Assembly (NCBI RefSeq): GCF_001194135.2
Contig: NC_068982.1
Coordinates: forward strand, 45,445,268 to 45,477,891
DNA: 32,624 nt
Direction: 5' to 3'
From: Octopus bimaculoides
Taxonomy: Eukaryota
Positions 13,101 through 24,570 of this stretch are shown here, in pieces. The notes under the pieces are model-generated. The model did no database searches and had not been told where the DNA came from. It was given only the letters and a program-made list of their open reading frames with translations. Every line of letters begins with the position of its first letter. Position 1 is the first letter of the stretch. The translations under genes and the position numbers were made by a program.

Positions 13101-13640
13101 AGCTAGTGGAGTATCTCTCATTGAGCAATTATTACTTCTGAGAATCTGCTAACTAGGAAATATATGTAGCCTGGATTTTACCTGCTCCACTCCTTCAAAT
13201 TATATAGACTGAAACTGAAAGAAACATATTGTATGTATATATATATATATGCGTGTGTGTGTGTGTATATATGTATATATATGTATATGTGAGTAAAAAT
13301 AAATACAAAAAAAGGGGTTTTGTATGATTGTGTATAGAGGAATATATTATTTTGTTTAAAAGAGTTCCAATTCTGTCTGTTTTTTATGTTTTATTTATAT
13401 TCTTGTAAAATTAATGTGGGATATAAAATATGGAATATACAATATATAATATAAAAATGGATGGTACAATGAAATAAAGTATTGAATGTCTTATTGAATA
13501 TATGGAATATGTCTTATTGAATATATGGAATATTGAGTGTTCAATATAAAGGATTAAAATATATAAAGGCGAATACGTATTTTCTATACCTTGTGGTATT
13601 TCATCATGGCCGGTATGACAGACATATACATATATATATG

Positions 13641-13678
<38 letters not shown>

Positions 13679-16600
13679 AATATATATGTAAGGACTTTTT
13701 TCATTCAGTGGAACCCCAAAAAAGTTGTAGGGAGCAAGATCGAGTGAATAGGAAAGGTGGGTGAATGGGGTCATGTCATTTTGGGTCAAAAACCATCTCA
13801 CACCCAAGGTGGTGTGCAAAGGTGCATTGTCGTGATGAAACCACCACTCTCCACTTTGTCAGTGGTTGGGGGGTTTTTGTCTAGCCGTGTCTCACAAATG
13901 CTTCAGAACTGCCAAGTAAAACATTTGGTTAACAGTTTGACCAGGAGGAACAAATACTGTGTGGACAATACTTTTTGCATCAATGAAACAATGGACTTCA
14001 CTTGATGCACTTTTGGGGGGTTGGTGACATTGAATGCTTCCATTGACTTGATTACTGCTTTGTTTCCAGGTCATAGCCAGCGCATCAGATTTTGTCACCA
14101 ATGATGACCTTCGAAAAAAGGTCCAGATCAACTTCCAGCCATTCTTTCACTTCACGACAAACATTCAGTCATGATTGCTTTTGATTTTCCATGAGCAAGC
14201 AAGACACAGATTTTGCTGCAACTCTATTCCTTCACAATTCCTCACTCAAAATACGTTGGGGGTGGCTCCAGGAGACATTAGTTATAGCAACAAGTTTGTC
14301 AATTGTTCAGCGATGAACCTCCAAGATCAGTCCATGAATTTTGGTGATGTTTTCGTTCATTTGAGAGATCAATGGTCGTCCTGAATGAGGTTGGTTTGGT
14401 CTTCAAGTGACAAGTAACCATTCCCAAAGTGTGAAAACTAATCATAAACTTGTGTTTTGCTCATGGCAGTCAGAACTTCTTCCAATCTCACCCTATTCTG
14501 TTTATAAAACAATAATAAATTGGAACCTGTAATCCTAGATATAGTGGAAGCACATGGCTTAGTGGTTACGGTGTTGGACTGATGATTGTAAGATTGTGGT
14601 TTCGATTCCTGGGCTGGGTGATGTGTTGTGTTCATGAGCAAAAATCTTTATTTCACATTACTCCAGTCCACTCAGCTGTCGAAATGAGTACCACTAGTGG
14701 AGGTGTGTTGCTTAGTGGTTAGGGTGTTGAATTCACAACTAAGATTGTTGTTTCAGTCCCTGAACCAAGCAATCCATTGTGTTCTTGAGCAAAACACTTC
14801 GTTTCATGTTGCTCTAGTCCATTAGATATATTATATCTGAAAAATAAAGTATGATGTTTATGTCTGATTACTGCAGTAATTGATCAGAGATAATCTGGGA
14901 CTACACAACAACAATAATAACAATTACAATTGCAAATAAGCTTCAATACATTTCATATATAAAGGTGACAAGCTGACAGTATGTTTTGCAATGTTTCATC
15001 CAGTATTTTATGCTCTATGTCCAAATCACATCTTAGTCAGTTTTGCCTTTCATTCTTCTGAGATTAACAAAATAAATTGCCAGTCAACTACTGAGGTTGA
15101 CTGTATTGATAAAGCGCCTATCCTCAAAATTTCTGGCCTTGTGCCTAAATCAGAAAACTATATATATAATATATAAAACCACGTAATGTTCTTTTCAGAT
15201 GAAAGCTGTTCAATTCTTTATCCAAAGAAAGAAATACATTTGTTCTGTGACCCAAAGCAATTGCAGTGTACTTGTTCAGGAAGTAAGTAAGATTTTAATA
15301 TTTCTTATAAGGTTTTATATAATTTTATTTAAACCAGCCATATCTGGCAAAATATTCTACCTGTTTTATGTTCAAACTGGCTAGATCTGGCTCCTCACAC
15401 CTACTATACAATGTCATTCTAAAAATAAACAATCACATCAATTGACAAAGGACATATGTTATGATATTAGGCAACTGGTTTCATTTTCCGCATTCTTGTT
15501 GGGTGTTGGGCCTCACAGAGGCAATGACAAATGACTGAGATCTTTGGCAATACGCTGCGTGTTCAGTATTTTTGCTCCTTTTATCAGTGCCCCTGGACTG
15601 GCTCTTGTGCAGGTGGCACATAAAATACACCATTTTGAGCGTAGCTGTTGCCAGTACCACCTGACTGGCCTTCGTAGGATTTTCGAGCGAGATCGTTGCC
15701 AGTGCCCCTGGACTGGCTCTTGTGCAGGTGGCACATAAAATACACCATCTTGAGCGTGGCCGTTGCCAGTACCGCCTGACTGGCCTTCGTGCGGGTGACA
15801 CGTAAAAGCACCCACTACACTCTCTGAGTGGTTGGTGTTAGGAAGGGCATCCAGCCGTAGAAACTCTGCCAAATCAGATTGGAGCCTGGTGTAGCCATCT
15901 GGTTTCACCAGTCCTCAGTCAAATTGTCCAACCCATGCTAGCATGGAAAGCGGACGTTAAACGACGATGATATATATATAACAGTATTAATAAAATAAAT
16001 GGAATGAGTAAAAGATTTTATTGGGTGTGACACATGTTTCAACCTGTTCCTGGTCTCTTTGGGTACATCAATAAAAAGTCTCACTAGAGATTTCTTGAGT
16101 TGGCTTTCGTACCGCTACATGTCCATCAAATTTGAGAATGAATAAAAACAGAAAAATTATTGAAACGCAAAAAATTTAAATATGAATATGGAAAGTATAC
16201 ATTCTAGTTTAGAGAAAATGATGTAATGAGCCTTCGCTATTGTAACTGTTAACAGAAAGAAAAGGAAGATAATTGTGTGTGTGTGTTTGTCCCACAACAT
16301 CGCTTGACAACTGATGCTGGTGTGTTTACATCCCTGTAACTTAGCAGTTCAGCAAAAGAGACCAATAGAATAAGTACTAGGCTTACAAAGAATAAGTCCT
16401 GGCATCGATTTGCTCAACTAAAGGTGGTGCTCCAGCATGACTGCAATCAAATGACTGAAACAAGTAAAAGAATAAAAGAATCTATATATATATGTACATA
16501 CACACACACACACACACACACAAATATGTGCACATATCTATCTATGCTATTTGAATTTTTGAATTTCATATTTGAATTTTTTGTGTTTCAATTTTTCTGT

Positions 16601-17532
16601 TTTTACGCATTCTCGAATTTTATGGACATGTTGCGGTACGTAAGCCAACACAGGAAATCTCTAGTGAGACTTTTTATTGATGTACCTGAAGAGACCCAAA
16701 ACAGGTCAAAACATGTGTTGTACCCAATAAAATCTTTTACTCATTCCATCTATTTTATTAATACTGTTACCCTAACTGCCACTACAAAGTTTCTGCAATA
16801 AATCTATGGATAACAACAGGTAATTGAAACTGTACCAGTGCTTTACTCATCACCTATTTATACATCTTGTATAATTTCTCCATTATATATATATATACAT
16901 ATATATATATGATGAGGCGATGACTACTGACCGAGACCTTTGGAAATGTGCTGTGCGTGAGAAGACCCGGCAAGCCAAGTAAGATCGTTGCCAGTGCCCC
17001 TGGACTGGCTTGTGCGGGTGGCACATAAAAGACACCATTTCGAGCGTGGCCATTTTCGTGCGGGTGACACGTAAAAGCACCCACTACACTCTCTGAGTGG
17101 TTGGCGTTAGGAAGGGCATCCAGCTGTAGAAACTCTGCCAAATTAGATTGGAGCCTGGTGTTGCCATCCGGTTTCACCAGTCCTCAGTCAAATCGTCCAA
17201 CCCATGCTAGCATGGAAAGCGGACGTTAAACGATGATGATGATGATGATGATGATATATATAGGGAGAATTCACAAAAAATCAAAAGACGAAGACAGATG
17301 GTGTAGACAACAAACAGATGTATTAGTATAATGCTTGGGAAGTGAAAAAGTCTTTAACATTTTGAGCCTACGCTCTTCCACACAAAGGAACACAGAAAGA
17401 AACAAGGAGAGAAAATAAAGAATGTGTAGTGGCTACCGATCTATCATGGTGATAGATATATATTTTNNNNNNNNNNNNNNNNNNNNNNNNNNNNNNNNNN
17501 NNNNNNNNNNNNNNNNNNNNNNNNNNNNNNNN

Positions 17533-17565
<33 letters not shown>

Positions 17566-20500
17566 GTAAAATAGGGATTCAGATAGAATCAAGTACTTGA
17601 AAAGATATGCACCAGGTAGGATTGGATACTCTCTGTGATTCCGGCCTATGGTTGGTGAGTATCAAATAGGATATTCCAGTTGTGTATACAGAGAAAACCA
17701 ACCCTATGAGCCTAGGGGCTGATCCAAGGCACGCATTATGAGCTGACAATTATCCATCGTCTGTTATTAATCATTTGATATTTTATATATATATATATAT
17801 ATATTATACACACACATACACACATACATACTCATAAAAACATAGTAAAGATGAATAGGTAGGTGGTTAAGACATGCAGCTCATCATCATAAGGTCATGA
17901 GTTCGATACTCAGTGGTGTGTTGTATTCTTGAGCAAGACACTTTATTTGACATTCCTCCAGTGCACTCAGCTAGCAAAAATGGATAGTACCTGTATTTCA
18001 AAGGGCCATCCTTGTCATATTCTGTGTCATGCTTGGAAAGAGATGGAAGTCCACAGGTGCTAAATCTGGTGAATAGGGCAGGTGCAGAAGTGATACCATA
18101 TTGTTTTTGGTGAGAAACTCACAAGTGAGAAGGGCTTGGTGACAGAGTGCCTTGTCATCGTGAAGAATCCAATTCTTCATGCTCCACAGATCCAGTCACT
18201 TTTGCCAAATGTCCTTCAAATGCTTCAAGACGTCATAGTAGAACTCTCAATTGACAGTCTGGCCCTGGGTGACAAATTCTCGATGCACAATACCACATTT
18301 GCTGGGGTGACGCTTGTGATAGCTCTTGCAGGGACATTCTTCTGTGTCACTTGAAACATTGCGTACAACCTATTGACTCACTTCTCTAAGCTTGCCAAAG
18401 CATGCTCAATGTCCCTGTAGCAGACTTCCCAAGTTTAACCCAAAATTTCGCATTGATCTAACTTCCTGTCTATGTCAAAATCGCTGACCACAGCGTACAT
18501 GTGATCACAAAACCATAAATTTCACAACTTGCAAAGTAAACACAGTAACATTACTCGGCACACTGCCTCCTGAAAGTCACTGCTAGCTCTCACTGCACAC
18601 GCAACCATGTGCTGCCATCTGTTGGCATGCTACAGATCTAGTTTGAGGAACTTTTGATACAACCTCATATATGATGATTTCAGTCCTCACTGTTGTACTT
18701 ATGGAGTTGGAAGAGTTATGAGAATTTTTTGTTGCTTTTTTTAATAAATGTAAATTTAAGTATTTTTCATGTTAAATTATATTACTTTTATTGTAACAGA
18801 CTGCGTAAATTGCTCAGAAGATGACGAATTACATAAAATGAAGTATTATGAGAAATTAGCTTGTAAAGCAAACCAAACTGGTGAGTTAGTCTTTCTTTTA
18901 TTTTCCTTTGACTGATCTGGTTCATTAACTGTTAAAAGAATATTCTTTTCTAAAGCGACCGATAGAATAAGTACTAGGCTTACAAAGAATAAGTCCTGGG
19001 GTCGATTTGCACGACTAAAGGCGGTGCTCCAGCATGGCCGCTGTCAAATAACTGAAACAAATAAAAGAAACCCTTAAGGTGATAAGCTAGCAGAATCATT
19101 AGCATGCCAGGCAAAATACTTAGTGGCACCTCATCCGTCTTCACATTGTGAGTTCAAATGCTGCCAATGTTGACTTTGCCTTTCATCCTTTCTGGTTTGA
19201 TAAAATAAGTAGCAGTTGAGCATTGGGCTCTATGCAATCAACTTAGCATCTTCCCTGAAACTGCTGGTCTTGTGCCAAAATTTGAAGCCAATTTTAACAT
19301 ACTCTTAATTTTATTTTGAGATCTTGAAAATCACAAAATTTGAACAAAAAAAAAAAGATTCTATTTTTACAGTTTTCTGTAAGTTTTCCTACAATAATTT
19401 TAAGCAGATCACTGATTGCTGACTAAACAGAATATATATACATATATATATTTTTTTGTTATCCCATATTTCACTGCCATGCAGCATAGCTGTTTGCACA
19501 CAGGCATCAAACAATCTACCTTTCACTCTGGGAGAGAGGCCCTTTGTTGCCAGCAGGGGTAGGAGCTCTCTGAACTTTGCCCATCCTAATCTTATTCTCA
19601 CAGCTATTTTGTTATCCCACTTATTTCAGTGTGCTGCTGCTGCTGCTGCTGCTGCTGCAACAACAAACACACACTCTTGTATTTATTATCGAATAACCTC
19701 CTATTTTTTCCATGTCATCTGTAACATATTTTCTTCATTATTTTTTTCTAGTCAGCTAGTTTTTCTGTTATTTCTTGGCTTAAGTTGATTGTTTACTGGG
19801 TCTGTGTGTTTTATTTTTTTTTTAATGATTTTCATATTTCTTACTCTAAACTTACATAGGATCATCTTACTGCTGCCCCACTTTCGTATCTGTTTTCTTT
19901 TTTATCCCTCTACTTGTGCTTTGTATTACTGCATCTCTTTGCTAGCTCTCTGGTAGTGGTGTAGACCTAATTAATAGAGCTTGCAGTGAAGAATACTTGT
20001 TTAAAAGTGTAATCATACTAAAACATAAGAGTCTGTCCAGGACAAATGGTGTTTTGAATCCTGTTAAATAAATTCTCGTGTGATTAATACTATGGTAAAC
20101 ACACCATAGTCTTTTNNNNNNNNNNATATATATATATATATATCAAAATAGAAGTCTAGAAGAGTAGATTGCATTTGTGCACATAGTTAAATATGTGTAT
20201 GTATCTGTGTACAACTTATTGATTCTTAGCTTATAACTACTATAAAGATAGCATGATTTATCACCCCAGTTTTCCATAAGTAAATACTCAGAGCAATCTT
20301 TATAGAAACCACCCTATAAGTAAATAATTAAGTACTGATATGAATATTAAACTAATTCTATGTAATCTTCCCTTTCTGATGTTGAAAATTGGTATATATA
20401 CACAGTTTATCTATTCTGGTTATAACATTTTTAGTAAGCTTAAATTTTATCTTCATACAACATAACAATATTGTTTATATACAATCATCCATTGTATCCC

Positions 20501-22022
20501 AGGATAATTTCCTCTGTATCAACATCATAGGTTTTATTAGCGTTTTGCCCCTTTAACTGGTAATTAACATCTTGATTTAGGGTCTTCCCCTACTCAGCCT
20601 CCTTTATAGACAGTTACTTATACATTTTCTAAATCCAGACAATATTTATGACCATACCCAACTATAAACTGTCAACTAACTCCATCTATCCATTCTAAAC
20701 AGACACTGTCCTCTAGCCTTAGATTTGGTAGTTGATAAAAAAAGACTAATAAATTAAAAGTGAACCACAATCATTTACAAGCTATGACCCTAACAAATTT
20801 CATACAGTTCTTAGAAGTGTAGTATATTCTGAGTCACATTAATAACAACATGGACTTTCTCCCTCTTCTTGCTCTATTAGAGAATTTGAGTAAAATTATA
20901 TTAATGTGTCCATCTGATTAAAAAATTCTATTTATTTATGCAGCTGAGGATAGCCCACGTTACTCTAGGTCTGAGTGGGACTTTGCACCAGCCACAGATT
21001 TGGTCTCAGTTGCCTTCTATGTCACAAGTCTGTAGCTCTTCCTCCTTTTCATTGAATTTCTCATTTAGGATGTCCCTAAGTCTCTGACCATATGGAAGGT
21101 CCTTAAGATTCCAAATCCTTCTCTCCCAAATTGGTTTACTTCTTGGTATCCTTCTGGCCTGGATTCTAAAGTCACTAATGGCTAGTCTATGCTAGGGGGT
21201 ACATTCTTCACCAGGGAGGGTCTTTGTATTTAGGAGCAACCATATATCATGCTGTTTAGTAAGAATGTAATCAATCTGGCTAGTACAGACACCTGATTGG
21301 TAGGTTATCAGGTGACAGGCTGGCTTTCTGAAGTTCATGTTACAGATCAAAAGATGATTTGCGTCACAGAACTTCAGTAGTCTTGTTCCCTCTTTGTTTC
21401 AGGAGCCAAATCCATGGCCCTCATGCAAGATACCAGGCTGCTGTCCGACATGCCTATTGAAATCTCCAGCCACGAAGAGGAGATCATTGTCACTTGTCTT
21501 TGAGGTAGCCTGCAGAAAAATACCATAAAAGTGGTCCTTCTGTTCATTTGGTAGGCTTGCTTGAGTGGCATAGGCAGAGATAATTGTCACTATACTGTTT
21601 TGTAAGACTAGCCTAAACTTAAGCACTCTATCACCTATTCTGGCTACCTCTATGACCTTATCCACCCACTTCTCTGCAAGAAGTATGCCCATGTCACCTA
21701 CCTTATCACTGCTACCTTCCCAGAAGATTTTATACCTGTGTCTTACCTGTGAGGAACCTGGCTGAAGCTCCTCTCTACCTTACCTCTTGGATGCAACATC
21801 TATCAACACACCTTTGTTCAAGTATCTCAAAAATCTTGCTAGACTTACCTTTCAATGTGCCTACATTGAGAGTGCCAACTCCGAAAACTGGGAAAGGGAC
21901 GTGGGAAGGAACATGGGAAGGAGTGATGTTATTCAGTATCTGAAAAAAAGGTTTCCATGTTCATTTGATAACAGGCCTATCACATCAGTTGTTCTCTCAC
22001 TTTAACCTACCATCATTCAAAC

Positions 22023-22062
<40 letters not shown>

Positions 22063-22628
22063 GAGTGAGAGAGCAGCACATGCCATCAATGTGACACTGG
22101 GGTACAAATATACGAAGCCCAATATACTCATCATGACTACCTGTCTAATAAGGGTACACCAGACATACATCTCAACCACTTCTGTGTGACATGGTAATCT
22201 CATATCAAGATAAACAGTGCATGATCTTGCAGGTGGGGCCCAGTTAGAAGTTTCTTCAGGTTGAATAACCCATCCTGCTCAAAAGTTCCCCGAATAAGGT
22301 TTGCTTAAGGATGATGAACGAAACACCCATGTTTCCGGAAGTGAATTATTCAAATCCCAAAGAATTTCTCTCAACACATGATTATGATGCTCCCCAACTA
22401 CTTCTTCTCATGATCAGAGATGCACATATTGTCAGCCACTAAGGGACATGCTCAACTGGTTAAGGTCAAGCAACTGGCATGCAAATCTGTGGTATTGAGC
22501 AGAATATTTACTGTAGCTTATCTTTTATACCAAGACAAAACAATGTACATGATAGCATTTCCAATCAGTTAAGATCAGAAGCCATGAGAGCCACTGCCTG
22601 GTATTTCAGTAGGGCATTTATTATTATT

Positions 22629-22673
<45 letters not shown>

Positions 22674-22680
22674 ATTGTTA

Positions 22681-22759
<79 letters not shown>

Positions 22760-24532
22760 TAATATTATTATTATTATTATTATTGTTTGTTACAGTGGCA
22801 TTCATCACAGTGTTGTCATATGATTCTGATTCTAAAACATATACAGCAAACATCACAGAGTTATTTATAGGTAAGAATTTATTTTGTAATTAATTCGTAA
22901 TTTTATTTTGATTACAAAGAAACAGATTTAACCATTAATAGCTATACACAGACACACATGCACACACGTGCCCATCCACTTTTAAAGTCCTGTAGTTCAT
23001 CATTGTCATCATTTGACATCCATTTTCCATGCTGGCATGGGTTGGACAGTTTGATAGAACTGGTAAGCTGGGGAGCTGCACCAGATTCCAATCTGACTTG
23101 GCATGGTTTCTTTGACTGGATTCCCTTCCTAATGCCAACGACTCCATGAGTGTAGTGGGTGCTTTTTACATGCCACTAGCACAGATGCCAGTTACGTGAC
23201 ACTGGCATTGGCCATGACTACGATCTCACTTGGCTTGACAGGTCTTCTTAAGCACAGTATATCACCAAAGGTCTCAGTCACCTGTCACTATCTCCATGAG
23301 GCTCAATGTTTGAATGGTGCTTTCAACGTGCCACCAGCATGGGTGCCAGTCACACGGCACTGGCATTGGCCACGCCTACAATTTGTCTGTTTAAATTTCT
23401 CAATCCTGTTAGAAGCAAGAGATTTCAATGAAAAATAGTAAACAGGTACAGGTGTGGCTGTATGGTATGACCTTTACTTCACATCCATATGGTTCCAGGT
23501 TCAGTCCTTCTGCATGGCACCTAGGGCAAGTGTCTTCTACTCTACTCCTGTGTTGATCAAAGCCAGGTGAGTGGATTTGGTTGACAGAAACTGAAAGAAG
23601 TCCATCATATGTATGTGTGTGTGTGTGTGTGTGTGTTTTGTGTTTGTCTCTCACCACTTAACTGCTGTTGGTTTGTTTCCATTCCTGTAACTTAGCAGTT
23701 TGGTAAAATGCAACCAATAGAATAAGTACCAGGTTTTAAAAAATTAAGCAGAGGGCAATTTGTTTGACTAAACCCTTCAAAGCAGTACCCCAGCATGGTT
23801 GTAAGCAGTACCCCAGCATGGCTGTAATTCAATGGTTAAAACAAGTGGAAGATAAAAAGAGAGTCGAGTTAATGGTTCCTCTTGAAGATAACAGAATGTA
23901 GTGATTGATGCAGTGCCTGGCAGGGTTGGATACAACAAAGGTGATGTGAGAAGGAGAGATGAGTGGGACTGGAATACTGAAATGGAAGTAGCTTGAGCCT
24001 AGCCAGCTCTGGGGAGAGATGACATCATAATAATGGTAGAAGAGGTAGGAAGGAGACAGTTCACTTACGGGATAGAGGCTAGAGGGTGTCTATGAGAAAT
24101 TTATGTCAATAAGTTGGTTGGTTTTTTTTCTGAATGCAGTCTAGGCTATCTGTGTGTGCAACAGTAGCGTCATTCCAGATGTGAGAGCAATAATCAGTTG
24201 CATTGAATAGGCATGAACTATAAAAACTCCTTTACTGGTTTGGTTATAGCTATAAAATACATGCAGCCATGGCTATAGGTGTAAGCGTGGCTGATAGTTG
24301 CAGGCATGGCTGATAGGTGCAACCATAGCTATAGGTGCAGGCGTGATTGATAGGTGCAGGTATGGCTCTGTGGTAAGAAGTTTGCTTCTCAACCGTATGG
24401 TTCTGGGTTCAGTTCCAGTGTGTGGCACTTTGGGTAAGTGTCTTCTGCTATATCCTCGGGTTGATCAAAGCCTTGTGAGTGGATTTGGTTGACAGAAACT
24501 GAAAGAAGCTTATTGTATATACCACACACACA

Positions 24533-24570
<38 letters not shown>

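Noticed and set aside
13090-13120. CCTGATGA hammerhead-like seed
   Set aside because: No convincing stem II and no GAAA follow.
15540-15790. Repeat-spacer-like pattern resembling a CRISPR array
   Set aside because: Internal tandem duplication of a LINE UTR in a eukaryotic intron; no unique spacers and no cas genes.
15481-15908. Overlapping ORFs with repeated motifs (also at 10085, 16854, 22935, 27373)
   Set aside because: Antisense or UTR readings of the RTE 3' end.
9-17387. Antisense bias of hammerhead relics as a sign of selection
   Set aside because: Sense copies exist at 9-32, 161-184 and 16672-16732 against three or four antisense ones, too few to support a claim.
20560-20720. Degenerate LINE C-terminus (RGRP-like) on the minus strand
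   Set aside because: Too many stops and indels to support from sequence alone.
22630-22893. Poly-Leu/poly-Ser 'signal peptide' ORF
   Set aside because: Microsatellite read-through into the real 75-nt exon.
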